From Candidatus Obscuribacterales bacterium (lineage in GTDB: Bacteria; Cyanobacteriota; Vampirovibrionia; Obscuribacterales; Obscuribacteraceae), in contig CBDDIJ010000003.1 in assembly GCA_965228855.1 (NCBI GenBank), forward strand, positions 544,001 through 608,000: 64,000 nt of DNA, written 5' to 3'. A program made the translations under genes and the position numbers. The notes below the pieces were generated by a model. It had not been told where the DNA came from. It saw only the letters and a program-made list of their open reading frames with translations, and did not search any database. Positions 50,072-58,909 of the stretch are shown here, piece after piece. The first letter of the stretch is position 1. Each line of letters starts with the position of its first letter.

Positions 50072-51538
50072 CTAATTTTTGCCTTCGACAACGAACACCG
50101 GTACCATGCCACCGCCGGCAGTGACATTGGCTAGAGCGGAACCGGACAACCTTGTGAAGGCACTGCCCACTTTTCCGTCGTAGAGAAGCGGATCGAGGTC
50201 GATCAACTGTTCGATGAAAGCGACTTCGCCGTTATCTTTGATGTGTGGGAATACCTGACGCGAGGTTTTTACACGCTCTTGCACAAGGTAGTCTCCCTGG
50301 AGGGCGATGTTTATCGCATCGTCCCATTCGGACTCGCTCGACTCCCAACCGATGAATATGCCTTTGCCGCCATAATCATCGTTGGGTTTCAAAACGAGAT
50401 GATCTTTGTAGTCTCTCGTGAATTTGAGCAGGTCGACTTTTTTGCCGTTGTGCTCAGTGCTGCGTTCTTCAACGCGGCGAGTCCAGGGTACGTGTTTCAG
50501 AATGAGCTCGTGTTCCCTGGTGGTGAAGTATTCGATGAAGCGTTCGTCAGTGAGTATGCCGAACAAAAGTTTCTTATGGATGAGCTTGCCGCGGAACGAG
50601 TTGACCATGCAGATTGCCTGGTCTTCGTATGCTTTGAGCAAATTGCCGCACTCGTCTTTCTTCTCCAGAAATTCGTTAACGAGCACTCGTTTATAAACCA
50701 GATCGATGTCGAAGCCGTCCTTGCAGAGCCGACCTTTGCTGTATTCCAATTCGCGTGGATCGGCGATGATGGTTTTATATCCTTCGCGTTCAAAATACTC
50801 TTGCACCAACTCAAACTCTCGCTGAGTGGGAAGTCCCTTATAGTCGACGATAGCAATTTGGGGGCGTTTGCCGTTACCGGAGTATTCGCTGTAGGCCGAT
50901 AGCAATACTTCGAGCAAATGCTTCTGTCCGTAGAGGCGCGATACCTTAAACTTCTCCTGGAACCTTTTCATCACTTCCAGCGATAGAAATATTTCTGATG
51001 CGACGTCACTGTAAGCGACACCCGCCGGAGTCTCGGCATTCAACTCCACGAAGGAGAGGGCGTCATCGGTGAGAAAGGAGTCGAAACGTGACAGGCGGGA
51101 AACGCCTTTAAACTTCGGATCGGTTTTAATTAGTTGCCGTTCGTCATCAGTCAAACCGAGATAGTCCTGCAGCTTGTCATCACCGATTGCGAGGTCGCCA
51201 ACTTTGAGAACCGCTCCCCAGATCTCTTCGCAGACCGACGTGACTCTGTCCCAGTCCTGCCGAGCGATGAAGTGCGGACGCAGATAGGGACTCAACATCC
51301 GTCCGCCGAAGATAAAGCGCACGTCGTTCAACTGCTTCCAGACGTCATCTTTGGTGCGAGCCAGAAGCTCGGGGGATGCCGAGAGGAGCTCGTTGTAATG
51401 ACTAATGGCGTCTCTTTCGAGTTCGTGCATTGGTGGCGTTTCCGTTGGGCGAGGGAGTGCCGTATCAGTTTTTGAGCGAATTTTCGAGAATATTATCGGA
51501 GAGGTCGGTTCTTGAGAAGTCACGTTCGGGAGAGGCAA
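50072..51538 (-). CDS. Circularly permuted ATP-grasp protein (glutathionylspermidine-synthase-like)
   Basis: SRFDSF....FVELNAETPAG precedes LVLKPNDDYGGKGIFIG and YLVQE; ends NVTAGGG. True start may be MHEL. Confidence 0.85.
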   Translation of the reverse strand: MPLPNVTSQEPTSPIIFSKIRSKTDTALPRPTETPPMHELERDAISHYNELLSASPELLARTKDDVWKQLNDVRFIFGGRMLSPYLRPHFIARQDWDRVTSVCEEIWGAVLKVGDLAIGDDKLQDYLGLTDDERQLIKTDPKFKGVSRLSRFDSFLTDDALSFVELNAETPAGVAYSDVASEIFLSLEVMKRFQEKFKVSRLYGQKHLLEVLLSAYSEYSGNGKRPQIAIVDYKGLPTQREFELVQEYFEREGYKTIIADPRELEYSKGRLCKDGFDIDLVYKRVLVNEFLEKKDECGNLLKAYEDQAICMVNSFRGKLIHKKLLFGILTDERFIEYFTTREHELILKHVPWTRRVEERSTEHNGKKVDLLKFTRDYKDHLVLKPNDDYGGKGIFIGWESSESEWDDAINIALQGDYLVQERVKTSRQVFPHIKDNGEVAFIEQLIDLDPLLYDGKVGSAFTRLSGSALANVTAGGGMVPVFVVEGKN

Positions 51539-51638
51539 ATCGAACGGTAATTCTCTAGCTTTGTTTCTTTGAGAAGATTAGCCTATTTCGGCTGAGTCAG
51601 GAGCCGATTTTTAGTTTCATTGCGGGCTGTTTTTCGAG

Positions 51639-51682
51639 AAAAAAACAGGCGGCTCACTGGCAAACACCATGAGCCGCCTGTT
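51639..51682 (-). terminator. Intrinsic terminator after the ATP-grasp gene
   Basis: 13-bp inverted repeat aacaggcggctca / tgagccgcctgtt with an A7 tract on the + strand (U-tail on -). Confidence 0.8.
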
Positions 51683-51694
51683 CTCGATGTCATT

Positions 51695-52642
51695 CTATTT
51701 TGCAGCAACAAGTTTCGGGTTAAGAAACTCATTCCATCGCAAATCTTGCGAGCCTTTCTTTTTGCCCTTCGCGTAATCGGCGCAGAGTTCAGCCATGTGC
51801 TCGATGAGCCAGCGCTGATTCTCTTCGCCAACCGAGTGAGCATCAGCATCCGGAGCGGGATTGGTGAAGTCGATTGCGTACGGAATGCCGTCGCGAATCG
51901 CAAATTCAGCAGTATTCATGTCGTAGCCCAGCGCTTCGTTGAGCTTGATGCAATCTTCGATGATGCGTTTCTCGAGTTTGGGCTCGAGGTAGCCTTTATC
52001 GAGGAAATACTGACCTTGCAAGTATGGCTTGGTCGGGTCGTAAGGCATGATGAGCACGTTCTTTCTGCCAATCGTGTAGCAGCGAACGTAGCGGTCGAAG
52101 TTGATGAATTCCTGCAACATCATGCAGATGGTGCCGGTTCTGTCATAGTAGAAGAGCAACTCTTCGAGTGAGTTGACCTTGTAAACATTCTTCCAGCCGC
52201 CGCCATCGAAAGGTTTCATGATTGCCGGCAATCCGGTGTACTCGATAATCGAATTCCAATCGAGCGGGAATTCCAGGTTGCGGAGCGACTCTCCCGAGAT
52301 TGCAGGAATATAGTCGCGCTGCGGCAACAAGATTGTTTTTGGAATCGCGATTCCGAGGCGCTCGAGCAGCGCGGTTCCGAAGAATTTGTCGTCCGCCGAC
52401 CACCAGAACGGATTATTGATGATCGTAGTGCCCGATAAAGCCGCCGTCTTCAAGAAGCTGCGATAGAACGGGATTTCGTGGGAGATGCGGTCGATGATCA
52501 CGCTGTATTTGCAAAGCTCGTCAGCTTTGAATCCGCCTACCTTGAGCATCTCCGCTTCGATACCGAGTTTGGAGCTGTTGACATATTTGATAAATTCTTC
52601 GGGGAACGAACTTTCACGTCCCACCAAAAGCCCTACTTTCAT
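51695..52642 (-). CDS. RimK/GshB-like ATP-grasp ligase
   Basis: IIDRISH, INNPFWWSADDKF, PKT, MKPFDGGGWKNV, LQEFI, GYDMNTAEFA, AIDFTNPAPD. Confidence 0.85.
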   Translation of the reverse strand: MKVGLLVGRESSFPEEFIKYVNSSKLGIEAEMLKVGGFKADELCKYSVIIDRISHEIPFYRSFLKTAALSGTTIINNPFWWSADDKFFGTALLERLGIAIPKTILLPQRDYIPAISGESLRNLEFPLDWNSIIEYTGLPAIMKPFDGGGWKNVYKVNSLEELLFYYDRTGTICMMLQEFINFDRYVRCYTIGRKNVLIMPYDPTKPYLQGQYFLDKGYLEPKLEKRIIEDCIKLNEALGYDMNTAEFAIRDGIPYAIDFTNPAPDADAHSVGEENQRWLIEHMAELCADYAKGKKKGSQDLRWNEFLNPKLVAAK

Positions 52643-52873
52643 GCTTCTGGACCCATTTGAGTGTGTGTGACTTGACGCCTGGAAAATCTTACTATCAATT
52701 CATTTTGAAAGATCATTGATGCGGGCTGGGGACAGCAAATACTATGATTTTTTTAGATTTTGAGCGCTAAGAGACAGCGCTCGATCTGTGTTTGAGACCG
52801 AACGCCGAAAGCTTTCATGTTTCACTGAACCGCCGCCCCTGATGCGATGACCGGCTAGTCATGCGGTTTTCAA

Positions 52874-53608
52874 TTAGTATCCGCGGGTTTCCGGACCGCC
52901 GATGTAATGGAGTAGCATGTCCTCCCAGTACGGCCAGTCGTGAGCAAAACCATCCCATTCACGGAAGGCGTGCCAGATGTTTTTGTCCCAGAGCACCTGC
53001 GAGAAGGCGGCGTTGTTCCAGTAAGCCGAGTCGTCTCTGCCGATTGGGAAGATAAGGTCCAGATTCCGGACCTTGGCAAGATGGTCCGGCGCGTCGCCCA
53101 TACAACGGACCAACTCGATGGGGTTGCTCTGGTGGATAGCGTCGTCATATTGACCGTCCGACCATTTGCTGACGTCATAGATGCCGCTCATCCCGAGCGC
53201 CCGACCGAAGTGCTCGGGATAACGCAATGCGATGTTGAGCGCATGATAGGCACCGAAGCTCGCTCCGGTAGCAATCGCAAACGGATTGTCGTTTCTCGAG
53301 CGAGTAAAGGGCATCACTTCGTCGATGATGTAGCTGTGGTACTGGAGATGTCTGTGTGCGCGCCACTTCGGGCTGGCGCCGTAGTTGTACCAGCTCTCGT
53401 TGTCAACGCTGTCGACGCAGAATACCTGCAACCAGCCGTTTTCAATGTGACGAGAAAGAACGTTAATCAAGCCACGGTTTTCCCAGTCGAAAAACCGACC
53501 CATCGAGGTCGGGAAAACAATGACGCGCGCGCCGTGATGACCAAAGGTCAGCAACTCCATATCTCTACCGAGACTGGGGCTGTGCCACTTGTGATACTCT
53601 CTATTCAT
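52874..53608 (-). CDS. Putative esterase (alpha/beta hydrolase)
   Basis: W.SPSLGRDM, VFPTSMG, GASFG nucleophile elbow, MSG.YD, HDWPYW. Confidence 0.88.
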   Translation of the reverse strand: MNREYHKWHSPSLGRDMELLTFGHHGARVIVFPTSMGRFFDWENRGLINVLSRHIENGWLQVFCVDSVDNESWYNYGASPKWRAHRHLQYHSYIIDEVMPFTRSRNDNPFAIATGASFGAYHALNIALRYPEHFGRALGMSGIYDVSKWSDGQYDDAIHQSNPIELVRCMGDAPDHLAKVRNLDLIFPIGRDDSAYWNNAAFSQVLWDKNIWHAFREWDGFAHDWPYWEDMLLHYIGGPETRGY

Positions 53609-53691
53609 ACTTTCACTTCCAGTGTTTCTGCGTTAAAAAAAAAGACGCGCCCTATCAGGGAGACGCGCGAACAAATCGGGCAGATTGTAGC

Positions 53692-56631
53692 ATGGGCGAC
53701 ATAATGCCGCAGTTGAAAACCACAATTATTTCCCTCGTAAAAAGTCGTATTTCGACAGTCAAGACCTTTAAGTCGGTAATCGCGCCTGTGATTCCTGATG
53801 CGAAAAACAGACGGCGCTCTTCTGCACCACCCCTGGTTACACATATTGCGAGCTTGATTTCATTGAGAAAGAAACCTGGAATCTTCCTACTTACTTCGCT
53901 TTTGCTGTCTATCGGCGGGACCGCTTATGGGCAAGAAAGTTTGTTTGACACCATGTACGATGCCGGCGCTCAGGCGCTTCTGGACAGGCATTACGCTGAG
54001 TCCGAGAAGAAACTGAAAGCGGCTTTGCGTGAATCAGAAACATTCCAAGCCGGAGATGTCCGGTTGAAGCGGGCGCTCAAGGCGCTTGCCGAGACATATG
54101 ACGAGGAACGCAAGTTCAGCTTGTCGGAGCCCCTGTATCGGCGAATACTCGAGGGCGACGAGAAATCCGGATCCGCCGGTGGGCTTGACCTGGCTGCGGA
54201 CAACACCAAGCTCGCCTCCAATTTGCAGAGTCAAGGAAGGTATGAAGACTCAATTCCATTGTTCCTTAAAGCAGTTGAGCTTTTTCGGAGCGCAGAAAAG
54301 AGTGCAGCTGCAGCACAAAACAGCACAGAGAGTCTGACCTGGCCGGGTGAAACAGAGAGCGTCGCTTTGCTGCAGTTGTCGTCAGCCTACTCCGAGTTGG
54401 GTAAATCCGCTGATGCCGAAAAATACTTGCGCGAAGCACTATCAGTTTCCGAAGCAGCGAGAGACCCGCTTTCTATCGGTCGTTCGCTTGACGCGCTGGG
54501 GCGGAATTTTATCTCACAAGGACGCTATGATGAAGCCGAAGCTGTTCTGAATCGATCGATCAAGGAGAAAAAGGTTGTAGGCGAAGCTGCGGTCCGTCGG
54601 CTTGAAACCTCAACTTCGCTTCTTCTATTCGCGCGACTGTTTGATGCGCAAGGAAAGATTGAGGATGCTCTGGCAATGATCGAAACAGCATTTCAGATGC
54701 GCAAAAGTAGTTTGCCGGAAAACGATCCGCGCGTCTATGAGCCGATGTTGTTGCGTGCGTCAATTTATCGGGATTTGAACTGTTATAAGGAAGCGGTTGA
54801 GGAACTCGAAAAGGGTCGTGATCTGGTTGAGAAGGCTTTTGGTGACGAGAGCCCTCGCTATGCCGAATTCCTCCGCGACCTCTCCGCCGATCTGGTTTCC
54901 TCTTCTCAATACGCCAAAGCCGAGCCGTTGTTGCGTAAGGCGCTGACCATTGATGAGTCCACCTTCGGAAAGGATTCTGGAGAAGTATCTCTGGACTTGA
55001 ACGCACTTGGTATGTTTTACATCTATCAAGGAAAATACGCAGAAGCTGAACCGGTTTACAAACGCTCGCTGGCTATTACGGAAAAGCGTTTTGGCCCTGA
55101 ACACAACGATACCGCAGCGGCTTTGAACAACCTCGCCTGGTTGTATGTTAATCAGCGAAAGTTTGCAGACGCACGGCCGTTGATTGAACGAGGTTTAGCG
55201 ATTCGGAAGAAGGTGCTTGGAGAAGAGCATCCGGTCTATGCTCGCAACTTGCACAACCTTGCCAATGTCGCGTTGGAGGAACGGAAGTTCGAAGAGGCAC
55301 AGCAACTGCTCGAGAAAACGCTCAAGATCCAGAAAGCCGTGCTCGGCACCAAGCACCAGGACACAATCGCGACTATGCGAGATCTTGCGGAGTTGTTTCA
55401 TCAAAACAAGAAGTACTCTGAAGCGGAAGATTTGTATCGAGCTGTTCTCAAATACGACGAAGTTAGTGACGATACAGACCGAGCGCTTGTTGCCGCCGAT
55501 CTGGAGAACATTAGTCGCAGCTTGATCGAGCAATCGCGCGGTGATGAGGCGAAGGTGTTCATCGACAAAGCGCGGGAAATCAAGGCTCAATTGCCGGGCT
55601 TCAACAACGGTAGCGAGGGGCACGCTATTTCATTAGGCGCTTTGAAGCATGATGCGAACGTGCCACTAAAGGCAGTGGCTGACAAATGGGCGCTTGTCGT
55701 CGGTATAAGCAACTTCAAAGACCCATCAATCAATCTCAGATTCGCGGCGAAAGACGCTGTGGACTTCCGTAACTACCTGATTTTCGAAGCGAATTTTAAG
55801 CCAGATCATGTAAAATTACTTACCGATCAAAACGCTTCGCGCGACAACATCGTTGCTCACCTCGGCGACAAATGGTTGCGCCGAGTTTCGCGACCTGATG
55901 ACCTTGTGGTAGTTTACGTCTCGTCGCATGGAACCTCGGCACGTAAAGAAATAGGCGACGCTAATTTTATCGTCGCTTATGAAACCAACATGAGCAACGC
56001 TGTTCTTAGCGGAATTCCGATGCAGTTTTTTACCACCGGCATCAAAGATCTGATCGACTGTGAGCGAGTGGTGATAATCATGGATGTCTGTCACGGAGGG
56101 GCCCTTCGACAGAAATCATTAGAATCTGTGATAGCGGACAGTCGCCAGAGCTCTGCTAAACCTAAACAGTCAGACGAAATTGCTGCGGCCGAAAAAGCTA
56201 AGCTTGAGAAACTTCATCCCGGCAGCAAAGCCCTCGTGCGTAATCCCAACATGACAATTAGCACCGCTGGTAGTGGCGACGGTCTTAAAATCGGTAGAGG
56301 GCAAATCATTCTTGCTTCCAGTGAATCAGACCAGGTTTCCTGGGAATCGAAGACATACGCCAACGGAGTGTTTACCCGGCAGTTAATCGAGAGCTTACGA
56401 ACCAAAGGGGAAAACACTTCGATCCAGCAGGCTTATCGATTGATGCGTGGACGAGTCGAACAGGAAGTCCTGAGAACGCGGGCCGAAATCCAGACTCCCG
56501 TTATGGTTCAAAATTCATGGCATGGAGGAGACGTTTTCCTCTCTGTGAAACCGGCTGCACCGAGAGTGGTGGATGGTGCTCAACATTCGCCGCTACCTGC
56601 TAAAACCGGAGCAAATCAAAAATCAAAATAG
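53692..56631 (+). CDS. TPR-repeat protein with C-terminal caspase-like (peptidase C14) domain
   Basis: Signal-like segment, many 42-aa TPRs (LNALG..Y..QGKY.EAEP.Y.RSL), KWALVVGIS.F, SSHG and DVCH dyad, NGVFT..L; true start probably downstream of 53692. Confidence 0.9.
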   Translation: MGDIMPQLKTTIISLVKSRISTVKTFKSVIAPVIPDAKNRRRSSAPPLVTHIASLISLRKKPGIFLLTSLLLSIGGTAYGQESLFDTMYDAGAQALLDRHYAESEKKLKAALRESETFQAGDVRLKRALKALAETYDEERKFSLSEPLYRRILEGDEKSGSAGGLDLAADNTKLASNLQSQGRYEDSIPLFLKAVELFRSAEKSAAAAQNSTESLTWPGETESVALLQLSSAYSELGKSADAEKYLREALSVSEAARDPLSIGRSLDALGRNFISQGRYDEAEAVLNRSIKEKKVVGEAAVRRLETSTSLLLFARLFDAQGKIEDALAMIETAFQMRKSSLPENDPRVYEPMLLRASIYRDLNCYKEAVEELEKGRDLVEKAFGDESPRYAEFLRDLSADLVSSSQYAKAEPLLRKALTIDESTFGKDSGEVSLDLNALGMFYIYQGKYAEAEPVYKRSLAITEKRFGPEHNDTAAALNNLAWLYVNQRKFADARPLIERGLAIRKKVLGEEHPVYARNLHNLANVALEERKFEEAQQLLEKTLKIQKAVLGTKHQDTIATMRDLAELFHQNKKYSEAEDLYRAVLKYDEVSDDTDRALVAADLENISRSLIEQSRGDEAKVFIDKAREIKAQLPGFNNGSEGHAISLGALKHDANVPLKAVADKWALVVGISNFKDPSINLRFAAKDAVDFRNYLIFEANFKPDHVKLLTDQNASRDNIVAHLGDKWLRRVSRPDDLVVVYVSSHGTSARKEIGDANFIVAYETNMSNAVLSGIPMQFFTTGIKDLIDCERVVIIMDVCHGGALRQKSLESVIADSRQSSAKPKQSDEIAAAEKAKLEKLHPGSKALVRNPNMTISTAGSGDGLKIGRGQIILASSESDQVSWESKTYANGVFTRQLIESLRTKGENTSIQQAYRLMRGRVEQEVLRTRAEIQTPVMVQNSWHGGDVFLSVKPAAPRVVDGAQHSPLPAKTGANQKSK

Positions 56632-56653
56632 ATTAGACAATCGAGCTTGTTAA

Positions 56654-57796
56654 GTGCCATCGGACTCTATAATGATCGGGGACTCGAAAGGAGCAATTAT
56701 GTTCGGCAGGAAAAAAGTGTTGAATTGCACATTTGCCGTGGCTGCTGTCACGGCTATCTCTGTTTCCCAATTCCAACAGGATAAGGCGAACGCAGAAGTT
56801 CTAAACCTCGACGAAGAGCCTATGATGATCTCGTTTCACAAGGAACAGGGTGGCGGACCTAAAATTGCAAGAAAGAACTCCGATAAGGAGGCGAGCGCTG
56901 ACGGGACAGACAAAGCAGATGGTAGCGGTGCCTCTTCGACCCGCGCTGCTCGTGAAACAACCGGTGTGAAAGTCGAACTCGTCGATGGCATGCCGCCCTT
57001 CCTATTCTGGTCTTCGACGGCGGAGTCACCCAAAGGAATGGTGCTTTGTCTTCATGAACTCGGTATGCATAGTGGAGTGTTCGAGGACCTCGCCAAGAAA
57101 CTGCGCGAAAACGGCTATGGTGTTTATTCAATGGATCTTCGCGGCTTTGGTGGGTGGAGCAACAAGGGCTCTGAAGGGCAGATGAATCTGAAGAACACGC
57201 TCGCCGATGTGAAAAGTGCATCGGAAGCGATTAAGAAAAAGCATCCGGGCAGTAAAGTGTTTTTGCTTGGCGAAGCGATGGGCGGCGCGCTGGCCCTGGA
57301 AGCAGCGAGCAAATATCCTGATACTATATCCGGTGCCATCTCATCAGCTCCGGGTGGCGAGCATTTCAATACGTTTCAAAACTACTCCTCGGTAGGGACC
57401 CGTTTCTTAACGGGTAACAAACGCTTCAACAAGGGCGAAGATTTAGTGAAAATCGCCACTCCGAAAAAGGAGCTGCAGGATGCATTGATCAACGACGCTA
57501 ACGTTAGATTGAACCTGGCACCAAAAGAACTTATGGCCTGTCAGTTCTACATGTATAAGACAAGGCAGTTTGCTAAAAAAATCAAGAGCTTGCCCATAAT
57601 GATCGTTCAGGGACAAAAGGATGGCGAATCGCGTCCGGCTGGGGCTAAGAAAATCTTTGACAGCCTCGCTACTGAAGACAAAGAGTTTCTCGCTCTAGAA
57701 AACGGCGACCATTACGTATACGAAGACATCAACGTCGACAACAAGGCGATGACGCAGACAATCGCGTGGCTCGATAAACACTCCGCTACCGACTAG
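56654..57796 (+). CDS. Secreted lysophospholipase-like alpha/beta-hydrolase-fold protein lacking the nucleophile Ser
   Basis: PKGMVLCLHELG, DLRGFG, FLLGEAMGG, QGQKD, GDH; probable start MFGRKK at 56699. Confidence 0.8.
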   Translation: MPSDSIMIGDSKGAIMFGRKKVLNCTFAVAAVTAISVSQFQQDKANAEVLNLDEEPMMISFHKEQGGGPKIARKNSDKEASADGTDKADGSGASSTRAARETTGVKVELVDGMPPFLFWSSTAESPKGMVLCLHELGMHSGVFEDLAKKLRENGYGVYSMDLRGFGGWSNKGSEGQMNLKNTLADVKSASEAIKKKHPGSKVFLLGEAMGGALALEAASKYPDTISGAISSAPGGEHFNTFQNYSSVGTRFLTGNKRFNKGEDLVKIATPKKELQDALINDANVRLNLAPKELMACQFYMYKTRQFAKKIKSLPIMIVQGQKDGESRPAGAKKIFDSLATEDKEFLALENGDHYVYEDINVDNKAMTQTIAWLDKHSATD

Positions 57797-58000
57797 TCTC
57801 TAGATCTTGCCCGGTTAGCTTGTGCCTTTTGTGGGGTTAACTTGTCTTACCTTGCTCGCTTCTATCCAGCGCGATTTTCGGCGCCTAGTGTTTACCCTAT
57901 TGTTAGCTTTCTTGTTCTGATTCAGGATGGACAGATAGACTTCGTCCATCGTCCGGCTAACGCTATGGTCGATCCGCCTGGAATAAATGGGTTTACTACT

Positions 58001-58909
58001 ATGAAAAACAATGTCTTCAATCAGTATTTGAGGTCGTTCGCATACTCTCTCTTCTTTACTGGAGCGATGTCGGCTCTCATTTGGATCACGGTGACCTATG
58101 GATCCTTCTCTGCGATGCCCATCGCAGCTGCGCTTTGTGCGGGCTTATATACTTGCCTCGCCTTACTCTCGGTCGTTAATTTGCTGCGCGGCAACAAGCT
58201 TTTTTCAGGTGCTTCCGCTGACGTCCTCAGCGTGTCAACCCAGAAAAAAATTCGGGTTGGTGGAATCCTTGTCGCGTTGCCGGCGCTTTTGTATTGTGCG
58301 ATTTTTGCTATACAGGTCAAAGCGTTTCAATTATCCGGAGATGCAGAGGGTCTGGAAAATTTCGGTGCATTCGAAAGATCTGTTTTCGGGAAGAGCGTCG
58401 TTTGCGACGTGGCTGGGCATGAGCACAAATGCTCGCTACCAGCTTATGAGCCGACTCCAGTAACTGTCGAAGCGGTCGAGCCGCCCGCTGAATCTAATCG
58501 CGATGTGGACTTCGGTCCGTACATGACCAATTTGCAGCGCCAGATTAAACGTGCGTGGTGCCCGCCTCGAAATGTTGAAACCAGTCGGTCTACCGTCATA
58601 TTTAAAGTTCACGCCAACGGAACCCTGTCTAACCTACGCTTGCTCCAGTCAAGTGGAATTGCACTGATAGACCAAGCCGCTCTGAAGGCCGTTCAGAACG
58701 CCGCTCCGTTTCATGTACTGCCTGAGGGCGCACCATCGGATGTCGACATACAATTTACCTTCGACTACAACAATTTCTCTCAGCCAAGCTCATCGCTCGG
58801 AGATCGTTTTTACGCTGATGGAGCCAGCTACGGAGACGCATTCTATTCGGATGGTTCCTATGTTAATACCGGATGGCAAACCGAGTCCGTTGAACCTTCG
58901 ACCTATTGA
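58001..58909 (+). CDS. Membrane protein with TonB/TolA C-terminal domain
   Basis: Three TM then DFGPYM..LQRQIKRAW.PP, SSG...DQAAL.AV..AAPF..LP, IQFTFDY. Confidence 0.8.
   Translation: MKNNVFNQYLRSFAYSLFFTGAMSALIWITVTYGSFSAMPIAAALCAGLYTCLALLSVVNLLRGNKLFSGASADVLSVSTQKKIRVGGILVALPALLYCAIFAIQVKAFQLSGDAEGLENFGAFERSVFGKSVVCDVAGHEHKCSLPAYEPTPVTVEAVEPPAESNRDVDFGPYMTNLQRQIKRAWCPPRNVETSRSTVIFKVHANGTLSNLRLLQSSGIALIDQAALKAVQNAAPFHVLPEGAPSDVDIQFTFDYNNFSQPSSSLGDRFYADGASYGDAFYSDGSYVNTGWQTESVEPSTY

Noticed and set aside
52940..53704. 254-aa plus-strand ORF and similar long antisense ORFs over the ligase genes
   Set aside because: They lie antisense to well-supported genes and have no motifs of their own.
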